The notes: a model not told the origin generated them from the letters alone. Shown: positions 19,233 to 29,942, counted from the first letter of the stretch. The stretch is 50,971 bases of DNA from Elainellaceae cyanobacterium (GCA_051117555.1 JBNPEG010000128.1:1-50971), one strand, 5' to 3'. Made by a program: numbers and translations.

Positions 19233-20495
19233 ATGAATGAAATGAAACCTCTAATTTTGAGTACGTCTGACATCGAGGGAGGAGCTGCTCGAGCGGCTTA
19301 TAGGTTGCATCAGGGGTTTCAAGCGATTGGCACTCCTTCTCAAATGCTGGTCAGAGCAAAGTTTGGCAGCAACAAGCGTGTAATTGCCGAAAAATCTATA
19401 CTCACTAAACTGGGACCACAGTTTAACAACCTACCGATGCGGCGGTATCCCAGGCGTGAGCGAAAATTATTTTCTCCCCAGTGGTTTCCAGATGCGATCG
19501 CCAATAAAGTAGCCGAAATCAATCCAGATGTCGTTAACATGCACTGGGTCTGCAATGGATTTTTGAAGATTGAAACCCTAGTAAAGTTTAATAAGCCTCT
19601 GTTCTGGACGCTGCAAGACATGTGGGCATTTACGGGAGGTTGTCATTATAACGAAGGATGCGATCGCTATATGCAGTCTTGTGGAAATTGCCCACAACTG
19701 AAGAGCGGACGCGATCGCGATCTTTCCCGACAAATTTGGCAACGAAAGCTTAAGGCATGGAAAGATCTTAATCTGACAATTGTGACCCCTAGTTCTTGGA
19801 TGGCAGATTGTGTGCGTGCTAGCTCTCTATTTCGCGATCGCCGGGTTGAAGTAATTTCTTTTTGTTTGGATACAGAGCGTTATAGACCAATTGATACAAA
19901 AACAGCGCGGGATATTCTAAAGCTCCCACAAGATAAGAATCTAATACTTTTTGGGGCCCTGTCTGCCACTGCGGACCCCCGTAAGGGATATCATCTGCTG
20001 ATGCCTGCCCTCCAAAACCTCAGCCAGATGGATTTGCATGATAATACTGAATTGGTCGTATTCGGAGCATCTCAACCTGAAAAGCCGACCGAATTAGGCT
20101 TCAAAGCACACTATCTAGGCTCTTTCCAAGATGATATTACCTTAGCAATCGTCTATTCTGCAGCCGACGTAATGGTGGTGCCATCCCTACAAGAATCATT
20201 CGGACAAACAGCCTCGGAAGCCTTGGCATGTGGGACTCCTGTTGTTGCCTTCAATGCTACTGGCCTGAAGGATATTGTAGATCATCAGACCAATGGCTAT
20301 CTCGCGCAACCCTATGAGATTAAAGACTTGGCAAACGGGATTACGTGGGTATTGCAAAACCAACAACGACATGCACAATTAAGGGAAAGCGCTCGCCTTA
20401 AGGCAATAACAACCTTCTCTTTAGAGTTACAGGCTAAACAGTATTTGTCTCTATTTACGGAGGTGCTACACAATCAAACCAGAAAAACTATTTGA
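19233..20495 (+). CDS. Glycosyltransferase family 4 (WcaC-like)
   Basis: GGAARAAYRLH, WTLQDMWAFTGGCHY, CGNCPQL, RKG, ESFGQTASEALACGTPVV. Confidence 0.92.
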   Translation: MNEMKPLILSTSDIEGGAARAAYRLHQGFQAIGTPSQMLVRAKFGSNKRVIAEKSILTKLGPQFNNLPMRRYPRRERKLFSPQWFPDAIANKVAEINPDVVNMHWVCNGFLKIETLVKFNKPLFWTLQDMWAFTGGCHYNEGCDRYMQSCGNCPQLKSGRDRDLSRQIWQRKLKAWKDLNLTIVTPSSWMADCVRASSLFRDRRVEVISFCLDTERYRPIDTKTARDILKLPQDKNLILFGALSATADPRKGYHLLMPALQNLSQMDLHDNTELVVFGASQPEKPTELGFKAHYLGSFQDDITLAIVYSAADVMVVPSLQESFGQTASEALACGTPVVAFNATGLKDIVDHQTNGYLAQPYEIKDLANGITWVLQNQQRHAQLRESARLKAITTFSLELQAKQYLSLFTEVLHNQTRKTI

Positions 20496-20732
20496 TCATC
20501 ATTCGCCTGCATAAGTAAAATCCACCAGGATGATGCCGTCACGCCAGTATTCAGAGCACATCTGCCCATACTCTGTGTGAGACTGAGAATTATATGATTT
20601 TGTTTATTCTAGCCAGTCAGGTCGGGTAAATTGGAGAAGCTATGGATCGAGAGACATCAAGAACGCGATCGCTCAAAATGCCTTTTGAAGTCCGTGAAAA
20701 GATTTAGGAGATATGTAATCGAGTAATTTTTA

Positions 20733-22070
20733 ATGAGCACAGTAATCTCTCAAGAAAAGCCAAAAGGCTTCATTGATAACTCAACGTTGATTCTAATTGC
20801 ATTTAGCAGTGCATTCTTCTCTCGCATGTTAGATAGCGCAGGAGCTCCATCCGCTATTAATTTTTTGCACTTCTTTGCTGTCCCAGTTGCATGTTGGTAT
20901 GCAATCTCCAAGACTCGAACTCGTGAACGAAAACAAAAAGCTATCTCTAGAGAAATTGCCTATGGTTTGCTTTTGTTAATCGTTGCCATGTTAACGAGTG
21001 CAATCTGGAACGATGCTGGAATTGCTAATGTAATTTTAAGTTTTTTGCTCTTAGGAGAACCTTTTCTACTACTGCTATCTCTGATTAGCATTCCGATGTC
21101 GGTGCTAAAACTTGAGAGATTTCATACCTGGTTATTTCGATTTTGTTTTGCGAATCTACTGGTTGCCTTTGCTCAATATGGGTTATTCATGATCCTTGGA
21201 CTGCATCCAAAATCAGGCAATCCAGACTACATTCAGGGCGTATTTTATCATTCTGGTGGGGGACATGTTGTCAGTGCCTCTGTCTCTATGACATTTGGAG
21301 TATATTATCTTATCAGTGAAAAATCTCGTCCTCTATGGTTTAGATTGGCTGTTTTACTCGCCGCTTTCTGCCATATGCTTCTTGCCGATGCAAAGCAGGT
21401 CTTGCTCGTGTTTTTGTTTTCAGGAATATTATTCTTCTTTACCAAAATGAAAAATATTTCTGAACTCTTGAAGTATCTGATTGGAGGTATTTTATTAGGA
21501 GCTGTTTTACTTTGGTGTACCCAAAATGTACCTGCATTTGGTGCATTTAACACCTGGGCAAGACCTGAAATCTACGGACCGGATGGCGAAGCCACCCTTT
21601 TAAAGTCAGCATCACTTCGTGTTATCTCATCCTATTTTGAATCTCCAATCAATTGGCTAGTAGGTCTTGGTCCAGGTCATACGGTCGGTCGACTAGGAGG
21701 TTGGATGATTCGTGACTATTCAGATCTGTTAAATCCTCTCGGTGCAACAACGCATCCTGCGGTCAATGAAGTGTGGGCAGCCGTGGGGAAAAGTTGGTTG
21801 GGAGATCAATCGAGCATGTTTTCTCCCTTCTGGGGATGGGCAGGAATCTGGGGAGATTTAGGTTTTTTAGGATTAGGCGCTTACTTATTTTTAGCATCTA
21901 CTATCTGGAAGCGAGTCTGCTTAGATAATTTTTCTCAATATTTACTATTAAATGTTTTTGTGAATGGTCTGATTTTTACCCAAATGGAAGAACCCGGATA
22001 TATGCTTTTTATCGCTATTATCATAGCTTTGCGATGGCAAAAACATCATAAAAGACAAAATGGATACTAA
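20733..22070 (+). CDS. Polytopic membrane protein, putative Wzy-type polymerase/ligase
   Basis: About 10-12 hydrophobic segments, large loop with GLGPG, position within a glycosyltransferase cluster. Confidence 0.5.
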   Translation: MSTVISQEKPKGFIDNSTLILIAFSSAFFSRMLDSAGAPSAINFLHFFAVPVACWYAISKTRTRERKQKAISREIAYGLLLLIVAMLTSAIWNDAGIANVILSFLLLGEPFLLLLSLISIPMSVLKLERFHTWLFRFCFANLLVAFAQYGLFMILGLHPKSGNPDYIQGVFYHSGGGHVVSASVSMTFGVYYLISEKSRPLWFRLAVLLAAFCHMLLADAKQVLLVFLFSGILFFFTKMKNISELLKYLIGGILLGAVLLWCTQNVPAFGAFNTWARPEIYGPDGEATLLKSASLRVISSYFESPINWLVGLGPGHTVGRLGGWMIRDYSDLLNPLGATTHPAVNEVWAAVGKSWLGDQSSMFSPFWGWAGIWGDLGFLGLGAYLFLASTIWKRVCLDNFSQYLLLNVFVNGLIFTQMEEPGYMLFIAIIIALRWQKHHKRQNGY

Positions 22071-22486
22071 GTGCAACTAGTTTTCTAAAATAAAGAGCTT
22101 TTATGAAGGTCTTACACATGTGCTACTAATGAAAAGCCCGCATAAATTAAAGTAACTCAGGAGGAATTAAGAGTCACGTCTCTATACGGATAGAGACACT
22201 AAAAAAGCTTGATCTTAAGGAGAAATTCTATATTCAGTGTAGACTTACTGCCTATCCAGCCAGTCGATATTAAAGAGTCGTACGATATATATGTTCATGA
22301 CCACGGTTACATATTAAGCAGACTGCTTCATACAGAGATATGTTTAATTCTCCGGTCAACGCCTGTAGCAACATTCTGTTTCCATATTGCTTCTAAGAAC
22401 GTATTTCCAACCATTCACTCTAAAAGATACGCTAGATTAGATTGATATTTTATTGAATATTCTTTTGAACCTTTAAGAATCAAGAA

Positions 22487-23650
22487 ATGCAGATTCTAAC
22501 CATACATAATGAGTATCAAATCCGGGGTGGTGAGGATGAATCCTGTGAACTAGAGCAACGTCTGCTTCAGGAAAAGGGTCACCATGTAGATTCTTACATA
22601 GACAGTAATCAGCGGATTACAACTCTCGGTGCTATCAAAACCGCCTCTAAAACGATATGGTCTACAGAATCATATCGAAAGGTTCAACAAAAATTGCAGC
22701 AGACAAAGTATAACATCGTACATGTACAAAACTTCTTTCCCCTGATTTCTCCTTCTGTGTACTATGCTGCGAGGGCAGAAGGAGTTCCTGTTGTTCAAAC
22801 ATTGCGAAATTATCGTCTTCTTTGTCCTAATGCGCTCTTCTTTCGAGACGGGGAAATATGTGAAGACTGCTTAGGCAAACCGATTCCCTATCCTGGAGTT
22901 ATTCATGCGTGTTATCGGGGGAGTCGAGCAGCCAGTGGTGTTACGGCTGCTATGATCACCACCCATCGCGCTATTCAAACTTGGACCAACATGGTGGATG
23001 TTTATATCGCGCTGACTCATTTTGCTCGCGAAAAATTCATTCAGGGAGGTCTGCCAGCTGAGAAAATCGTCGTTAAACCTAATTTTGTGTATCCAGACCC
23101 AGGAGTGGGAGAAGGTCAAGGTTCTTATGCCTTGTATGTAGGGCGTTTGTCAGTGGAGAAAGGACTAGATACGCTCATTTCTGCTTGGGAACAGCTTAAG
23201 ATACCTTTTCCCTTAAAAATCGTCGGAGATGGTCCATTAGCTCCTGATGTTCAACGTGCCGCAGAAAAATTTCCGAAGATTGAATGGTTGGGGCGGAAGC
23301 CTATGGCAGACGTTCATGCATTGATGGGAGAGGCAACGTTTTTAGTTTTTCCGTCGAAATGGTACGAGACATTTGGACGAGTTGCAGTCGAGGCATTTGC
23401 TAAAGGAACTCCCGTAATTGCTGCCAATGTTGGTGCGATCGCCGAGCTAGTGCAAGATGGTCATACAGGGCTTTTATTTAATCCAGGTGATGCTAAATCG
23501 CTAGCATCCAAAGTAGACTGGCTTTTATCACACCCATCTAAACTTGCAGAGATGAGGAAAACGGCTCGATCTGAATTTGAAACAAAATTTACGGCACCTG
23601 CCAATTATCAAAGGCTGATGGAAATTTATGAACTAGCTGTCCGTCGCTGA
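22487..23650 (+). CDS. Glycosyltransferase family 4
   Basis: HNEYQIRGGE, TLRNYRLLCP, VGRLSVEKG, ETFGRVAVEAFAKGTPVI. Confidence 0.93.
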   Translation: MQILTIHNEYQIRGGEDESCELEQRLLQEKGHHVDSYIDSNQRITTLGAIKTASKTIWSTESYRKVQQKLQQTKYNIVHVQNFFPLISPSVYYAARAEGVPVVQTLRNYRLLCPNALFFRDGEICEDCLGKPIPYPGVIHACYRGSRAASGVTAAMITTHRAIQTWTNMVDVYIALTHFAREKFIQGGLPAEKIVVKPNFVYPDPGVGEGQGSYALYVGRLSVEKGLDTLISAWEQLKIPFPLKIVGDGPLAPDVQRAAEKFPKIEWLGRKPMADVHALMGEATFLVFPSKWYETFGRVAVEAFAKGTPVIAANVGAIAELVQDGHTGLLFNPGDAKSLASKVDWLLSHPSKLAEMRKTARSEFETKFTAPANYQRLMEIYELAVRR

Positions 23651-23798
23651 GAATAAGTAAATACGTTCAACTTTAGTAGAACATAACTCTACATGTTCAG
23701 ATCTGTGAGCAGACCCATCGCGTTACGAGAGGTCCATACACGTTCAACGCCCTAGCGCGGCTGACAAGTTACCCTTTATCGGACAACGTCTGTCCAAA

Positions 23799-23872
<74 letters not shown>

Positions 23873-23991
23873 AATTTTAACTGATCGTATCCAGGTTATC
23901 ATATCGCAAGAGGTAGAGGTAGGGCATATAGATTGGTCAAGCTCATGAAGACCTACGATGATGTATCAATCGTTCACCCAAAACTCTTGAA

Positions 23992-26900
23992 TTAAAACTC
24001 TCCGATGCTACTGCCAGCAAATCCTGATTCTGGTAATTCGATCTGATTGTTCTCACCAGGTTCAAATTGCCACTCCCCAGAATTGGTGCGTTTTAGACAT
24101 TTCCAGGACACTGTTGTTTCAGACGGCAACTGCTGCACAACGCCCGTCCATTTAGGCGTACTCGGCCCAGGACCAGTGTGGTTAGGTGGAGGATTGTAGA
24201 TATATTCCCAGTAGATATTGGGGTCAAGCGCAACGGCTCGATTGACATCCCAATTGCCCAATTCAGGAATGTTGCCCGTTACATAGACCGTTTCACCCGG
24301 TTTTGTGACGGCATTGTCACAGACAAAATGGGCGGTTGTGGTGGGCTCGACGGATCGAGTGATGAAATCAAACGTTTTGCTGAGATCTACGCTCTGAATG
24401 CCTGATTTTGCCCAGATGAGATTTTTACCGGCATTGTACCAACCTGCGTCTGCCGCATCAAATTCAGCTTTGTTGGTGAATTGGGGTAACTCTCTGCCGT
24501 TTAGCCTCACTTGGGTCGAATCAGCACTACTAACAACCAGTTGAACGGTAGTATTACGTCGATCCACCGCTCCTGAATAGGTGCCCTTAGAGGCTGCGAT
24601 CGCCACCCTTGTAGTCATGTCTGTCTGCTGCTGGGTGATTCGGGTTGTCCGAGTTTCGTAGATGGGTCGTTCATTCTCATAGGCAGCAACGGTCTGCCCG
24701 TCATCTTCATACAGCGTAAATTCACTGGCATCAGGGGATGCATAAACTCGTACCATCAGGTCCTCGTGTTGAGTCCCATCGAGGCGATCGCCAAATGCGT
24801 CTCTAGTCTCGTCATCCACGTCCATTATTGGCACGATCGCCCCAGCTTTTGCAAAGGTGGGCAAGCGCAAGATGCCGTCAATATAAGTCGGAACATTCTC
24901 AACGGTTTCACCATTGCTCGTAAACCAGTCATGGGTGTGATAGTTGATCCACGTTCCTTGAGGCAAATAGACATCCCGCTGATACTCTCCATGGCGAGCG
25001 ACTGCTGCAACCAGCAAGTCGCGTCCAATCAGCTTTTGATTGCCAACCTGCCGAAGCGCCATGTCGTCTTGGTAGTAGAACAACGGGGGAGGCATCAGGG
25101 GCTCACCAAATAAATAGGCTCGATACGCTAACGAATAGTAATACGGAATCAATTCATAGCGTTGGCGAAGGTTGGCTAAGTTTGATTCTATATCTCCCAC
25201 TAAGTGAGGAGATGTTTCATAGCGCAGAGATGTTTGGAAGCTGTTGTCAGTATGAGGACGGATAGGCGTATCAAACCATGCCCCATTCGCAAACCATTGG
25301 GTATAGAGTTCATCTTCATAGTGCCGATTACCTGCATGATTGGCGTTGTACGGCATTCCCTCCCGCCGAAACCCCCCGATATCCGAACCATAGTAATCAA
25401 TTCCAGACAATGACATGTGCATTTGGGCATTGAGGTGGGTTGCGAGCAGTTGCAAATCGGCGCCAATGTCACCTGACCACATGGCTACTCCATAGCGTTG
25501 TGAGCCAGGTGCACCGGAACGACTCAAGATAAACGGGCGGCGATTGACCTCGCTGTGATGGCGAATATATCCCTCGTAGAGCGACTGATTCCAGAGCAGA
25601 TTATAGAGGTTATGAATGTCATCATGGTTATTTTTCATCCCTGTTGCGGTAGGTTCTACGCCGTTGTAGCACGCCTGTTCATCGTACTTTTCAGGTTCAC
25701 CCAAATCCGTCCAATGTCCCAAGATACCGGTAGACACCAGATTGGGAAACCGTCGATGCGTATGAACCCACTCTCCGGCTGCCGGGTCAGACCAATCGAC
25801 CATTCCGCCTTGACCAAACCATTCATTGAGGATCGTTGGGGTATATTCGTTCGTGTCGCATTCTCCATCAGTCCGCTGATAGGCCAGGAAACTGTTTTCG
25901 GGCAAGGCGTGCATGTCTGCGAAGGTAGCCGTATTTTCGCTGATGTAAGATTCCTCAATGGTCACGAAGCCAATTCCATCGGCTAAAAATTCGGCCACGT
26001 GCGTTGCTGGGTCATCGAACAGATAGGCATTTCCATCATTGGGGTGCTCATCCCAATCTAGACGCCCCATCGGGCTATCGGGATCATAGCGAAGAATGCC
26101 GCCAAACCATTGCAAATCGAGAACAAAGCCGTCGAGAGGAAACCGATGTTGCCTCAGTTCGGTTCGAAGCCTGTTTACCTGTTCCCAATCGTGATAGCCA
26201 AATTCAGAAACCCACAGCCCAAATGCCTTACGCGGCGGAATGGGAGGATGACCTGTGAGTTCTAGATAGTCTTGCCGCAAATCGAGCAGATCTTCGCCCG
26301 TCATCACGTAATACCGGATTGCATCCCCTTCCATCTGCACGGTCCACGGATCGTGGTCAAATGCCCATTCTTGTTGATAAACGTTATCTAGCAGCAGCGC
26401 ATAATTTAATTTCTCGTCGCCCACGGCATACATAATTGGAATTTGAATATTTCCCACAAGCCCAGCCGAACCAAACGGCATGAAGCCATTTCCATGGGCT
26501 TGTTGCTGCCCGGGGGGATGACCATATCGAATTTGATGGCTTAGCCAGTCTCCATCAGCGGTGCCAAGTTGACGAAATTGTTGCCCTAACCCGTAGACGT
26601 GTTGTATCTGGTTTTGGCGAATGGTCAGTCCATTGGGGTCGCCCTGTGAGTCGAATGGGCAAATAGTAGTTAAACGAGCGTTCCTAATGGTGTCGGTGAA
26701 TGAAACACAAAGTGTCTGAGGGCTAATCTGCGCGCGTATTTCAGACGTTTCAATAAGATTGCCCATTTGGATATACCGTTGGGGACCGTCATAGTCGGTT
26801 TTGGCAATCATCGGACTGGTGTAGATGGGCGCGTCTGTATCGATGTTGGTTTGATCGGTGTAGACCTCAAGATGCATAAGGTCGTCATCGAGAGTTTCAA

Positions 26901-27099
26901 GGGTGAGATGGCGATCGCCATTTGAAAACTGAGCCCGTCTAATATCTGCACGAGCCGGATTGACATTAAACGCCAATGGGATGATTGCCAAACATCCGGC
27001 TTTAATGAGCCATGTCGCTGATTGAATCGATGCACTCCGTTTCACGGTGGATATCCTAGTTCCAATAAATGAATGACGATTTAGAGTATCGAGACGCAA
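23992..27099 (-). CDS. Secreted GH31 alpha-glucosidase/transglucosylase with C-terminal CBM20-like starch-binding module (start probably near GTG 27045)
   Basis: VLDLQWF, HWTDLGEPE nucleophile motif, WSGDI, YYGSDIGGF, LYEDDG; C-terminal GETVYVTGNIPELGNW; signal-like AIIPLAFNVNPARA. Confidence 0.88.
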   Translation of the reverse strand: MRLDTLNRHSFIGTRISTVKRSASIQSATWLIKAGCLAIIPLAFNVNPARADIRRAQFSNGDRHLTLETLDDDLMHLEVYTDQTNIDTDAPIYTSPMIAKTDYDGPQRYIQMGNLIETSEIRAQISPQTLCVSFTDTIRNARLTTICPFDSQGDPNGLTIRQNQIQHVYGLGQQFRQLGTADGDWLSHQIRYGHPPGQQQAHGNGFMPFGSAGLVGNIQIPIMYAVGDEKLNYALLLDNVYQQEWAFDHDPWTVQMEGDAIRYYVMTGEDLLDLRQDYLELTGHPPIPPRKAFGLWVSEFGYHDWEQVNRLRTELRQHRFPLDGFVLDLQWFGGILRYDPDSPMGRLDWDEHPNDGNAYLFDDPATHVAEFLADGIGFVTIEESYISENTATFADMHALPENSFLAYQRTDGECDTNEYTPTILNEWFGQGGMVDWSDPAAGEWVHTHRRFPNLVSTGILGHWTDLGEPEKYDEQACYNGVEPTATGMKNNHDDIHNLYNLLWNQSLYEGYIRHHSEVNRRPFILSRSGAPGSQRYGVAMWSGDIGADLQLLATHLNAQMHMSLSGIDYYGSDIGGFRREGMPYNANHAGNRHYEDELYTQWFANGAWFDTPIRPHTDNSFQTSLRYETSPHLVGDIESNLANLRQRYELIPYYYSLAYRAYLFGEPLMPPPLFYYQDDMALRQVGNQKLIGRDLLVAAVARHGEYQRDVYLPQGTWINYHTHDWFTSNGETVENVPTYIDGILRLPTFAKAGAIVPIMDVDDETRDAFGDRLDGTQHEDLMVRVYASPDASEFTLYEDDGQTVAAYENERPIYETRTTRITQQQTDMTTRVAIAASKGTYSGAVDRRNTTVQLVVSSADSTQVRLNGRELPQFTNKAEFDAADAGWYNAGKNLIWAKSGIQSVDLSKTFDFITRSVEPTTTAHFVCDNAVTKPGETVYVTGNIPELGNWDVNRAVALDPNIYWEYIYNPPPNHTGPGPSTPKWTGVVQQLPSETTVSWKCLKRTNSGEWQFEPGENNQIELPESGFAGSSIGEF

Positions 27100-27238
27100 G
27101 TCGTCTTAATGAGAACTAGATTGCCCAAATAACGGCTAGATCCATCATTTAGTTTCGAATAAGCGAGATTACGGGCGATCGCCCGGGTGAAATCCTTTAG
27201 AGGCTTGTTATGCAATGGATAGAAGATTCTGAGGAACC

Positions 27239-27305
27239 CGTTATATTCTCAACAGTAAGAGGTTCTTGAAAATGAACAGACAGTTGTGTATGATTCTCAT
27301 TAAGA
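27239..27305 (+). promoter_or_regulatory. Putative FurA boxes upstream of furA
   Basis: Two AT-rich ATTCTCA(A/T) cores (TTATATTCTCAA, TGATTCTCATTAA) resembling cyanobacterial FurA sites. Confidence 0.35.
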
Positions 27306-27327
27306 CAATACTCTTGAGAAGAGGACT

Positions 27328-27783
27328 ATGGCAATTTATTCAGCAACCTCCCTCAAGGCTGAACTCCATGAACGGGGATGGCGGCTTACACCTCAACGAG
27401 AAACGATTTTACAGGTGTTTCAAAACCTTCCTAAAGGCGAACATTTGAGTGCTGAAGATCTTTATATTCTTCTGAAAGGAGACAATCACGAGATTAGCCT
27501 ATCGACCATTTACCGGACTCTCAAATTAATGGCTCGTATGGGCATTTTGAGAGAGCTCGAGCTCGCCGAAGGACACAAGCACTACGAGATTAATCAGCCG
27601 TCTCCCCATCACCATCACCACCTCATCTGTGTGCGGTGCAATAAAACAATTGAGTTTAAAAATGACTCAATCCTCAAGACAGGGGCGAAAACGGCTAAAA
27701 AAGAAGGCTATCATCTCTTGGATTGCCAACTGACGATCCATGCGGTTTGCCCGACATGTCAGCGAACCTCAATTCCAGCTTAG
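27328..27783 (+). CDS. furA: Ferric uptake regulator, cyanobacterial FurA type
   Basis: LKAELHERGWRLTPQRE, HLSAEDL, SLSTIYRTL, HHHHHLICVRC, CPTC. Confidence 0.93.
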   Translation: MAIYSATSLKAELHERGWRLTPQRETILQVFQNLPKGEHLSAEDLYILLKGDNHEISLSTIYRTLKLMARMGILRELELAEGHKHYEINQPSPHHHHHLICVRCNKTIEFKNDSILKTGAKTAKKEGYHLLDCQLTIHAVCPTCQRTSIPA

Positions 27784-27844
27784 ATTAGATAGTTGGGAAA
27801 GATAGTTGGCGATCGCGCCTCAATATCGCACCTCAATATAGCGC

Positions 27845-29329
27845 CTAGATATCGGTGCCAATGTCCGCATTATCAACCTCATACGCTTGATGGGCTGCTT
27901 CAATGGCTTGGCGAGTTTCAGGCCCCATCACCCCGTCAATCGGCCCTGAGTAAAATCCTCGGGCTTGAAGACGTCGCTGCACGTCCATCACGGCTTCACG
28001 ACCGGCTGTGGGAGCGGGCGCAATGATCGGTTGTGCAGACGTGGATGTGTTTGGTGCAGGGAAGGGTGCTGGTGAAACTGAGGGGGCGGCGCTGACTGAC
28101 CCAGGCGAGGGGCTTGACGAGGCATTGGGCTGAGTCTGAGATTGAGGCGAGGGTCTAGCTGTCGGCTCAGATTGGGGCTGAACAGCGTCAGCCGATTGGC
28201 GTGCCGAAGTCGACTGAATGTCTGGATTTTCGAGAGCAGCAATCGTATTAGGGCCCACTACCCCATCGGCTGTCAATCCTTGCGATCGCTGAAATTCGGT
28301 TACTGCCTGCTCTGTCAAAACCCCATAATCTCCGTCAATCGCCCCGTCATAATAACCAAGCTCTGTCAACCGCCGTTGGATATTGATAACCTGTGTCCCA
28401 ACTTCCCCTACTTCCAACAGCCCATCCTCATCACGAGGCGCAGATGTTGATGCAGTCGTTGGCTGAGCAGACTGCTGGAGCGCTGTTTCGGTAGATGAGC
28501 CGACAATGCCGTCAGCGACTAGGCCATTAGCCTGCTGAAAGTCAATGACAGCGGCTTGGGTGAGCGGCCCAAAATAACCTGATACAGGACCGTTATAATA
28601 TCCGAGATTCTGTAGCTGGGTTTGGAGTGCTGTCACTGCCTCTCCAGTAGAATCGAGTTGAAGCAACCCATCGGCAGCGCTAGAGGCAGATTGGCTGGAT
28701 CCACGCAGTGCGTCAGTGGTTGACGCACCGACAATGCCATCGGCGGTCAGCCCATTCGCTGCCTGAAAGCGCATCACAGCGTCTTCTGTCAATGGGCCAA
28801 AATAACCTGTAATGGGTCCGTCGTAGTAGCCTAAATCGGTAAGACGCTGTTGAAGCGCGGTGACAGCCTCTCCGGTTGACTCTAGCTGTAACGTTACGTC
28901 TGCCGTAATTTGGCTGAGGAGCACATTATTAGTATCTGCTTGAGAATCCTCCGCTTGGGATGTCTCAGATACATCGGCTTGAGACGCATTTGGGGAGGTG
29001 TTGGCTGGAGCAGATTGATTGGTTGGATTGGCGATCGCCCCTGCCTGCCCTAGCTCCTGTTCAGATGCCGTTTCAGATGCCGTCTGTTCGTGTTGGGCGA
29101 CTTTGTTCTGCGAGACGGACTGATTTTGAGGAACCGCAACGGCTGCACTTGCTGCACCGACAACTGTGACTCCAACCGCCAGTGATAGTATTCGCCTGAC
29201 GTGTCGATTTCCTGTCCGTTGAGACGATATCTGGACATCATCTAACAAATCGAAGTTGCCAGAATTTATTGAATTCTGCACTGTAGCTTCATGGACACAA
29301 GCATGATTTAAGAATGCAAAGGATTCCAT
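27845..29329 (-). CDS. Peptidoglycan-binding-domain protein with about 4 PG_binding_1 repeats (Alr1690-like position)
   Basis: Repeated LQxxLxxLGYY-G-xxGxFGxxTxxAVxxFQ...GL-ADGIVG; start set at MESFAFLNHA, a typical cyanobacterial N-terminus (ORF track starts at 29431). Confidence 0.88.
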   Translation of the reverse strand: MESFAFLNHACVHEATVQNSINSGNFDLLDDVQISSQRTGNRHVRRILSLAVGVTVVGAASAAVAVPQNQSVSQNKVAQHEQTASETASEQELGQAGAIANPTNQSAPANTSPNASQADVSETSQAEDSQADTNNVLLSQITADVTLQLESTGEAVTALQQRLTDLGYYDGPITGYFGPLTEDAVMRFQAANGLTADGIVGASTTDALRGSSQSASSAADGLLQLDSTGEAVTALQTQLQNLGYYNGPVSGYFGPLTQAAVIDFQQANGLVADGIVGSSTETALQQSAQPTTASTSAPRDEDGLLEVGEVGTQVINIQRRLTELGYYDGAIDGDYGVLTEQAVTEFQRSQGLTADGVVGPNTIAALENPDIQSTSARQSADAVQPQSEPTARPSPQSQTQPNASSSPSPGSVSAAPSVSPAPFPAPNTSTSAQPIIAPAPTAGREAVMDVQRRLQARGFYSGPIDGVMGPETRQAIEAAHQAYEVDNADIGTDI

Positions 29330-29606
29330 AATATCGATTAAGTAGCGACTGCTCGATCCAACATCGAAAACGGAATAGTAAAAACGGAAAACTAAACGAC
29401 AAAAACGCAGCTTTGGAAACAGCGGTTGCATTTGGTGAATTATTCTAATCTATTTTGCTCTATTTGGCTTGATGGATTTACAAATAGTTCACGACTGTCC
29501 TTTAGGGAGAATAGTGCTAATAAAACAGTAGGTCAATCAGGGGCAATATCTAACAGCCAAGGCATTATAGTCGTTAACCCAATAGCTTCGACTCGCATAT
29601 ATCTGA

Positions 29607-29870
29607 GAGGATGTTTTAAAGGGGCCGGCAGTTGATGTTTTAAAGGGCCGGCGGTTATAGCCGCTTGCGGCTTCTCGAAGAGTAAACCGCGCCTATATAA
29701 ACAAAGTCCGCCGCGGCGGACTCCAGCAAAACCAATGGTTTTTTGTCCGTGTAGCCTGCGTTTCGCAAGCGACATGTAACGCGTTCGCGTAGCGTTCCGA
29801 AGGAAAGCGTCTCTGTCAAGAGAACTTTAGTCGCTAAGGCAACAAAAAATAGGACTTTTAAAACATCCTC
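29607..29870. mobile_element. MITE, 264 bp, with IS5/IS1031-like ends and internal palindromic modules
   Basis: Perfect terminal inverted repeat GAGGATGTTTTAAA...TTTAAAACATCCTC; TGA on both flanks (29604-29606, 29871-29873); no transposase. Confidence 0.75.
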
Positions 29871-29942
29871 TGAATCGGTTCCTACTGAAAAATGATAAGA
29901 CTGCCGCATAATTGAATGCTGTTTCTAATAGCTTTAATATAC

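Noticed and set aside
29560..29900. Riboswitch (for example c-di-AMP) upstream of the PG-binding gene
   Set aside because: No riboswitch consensus was recognised; terminal inverted repeats with a target duplication explain the structure better.
29533..29909. ORFs 29533..29775 and 29655..29909
   Set aside because: They lie across the MITE's palindromes and show no transposase or other motif.
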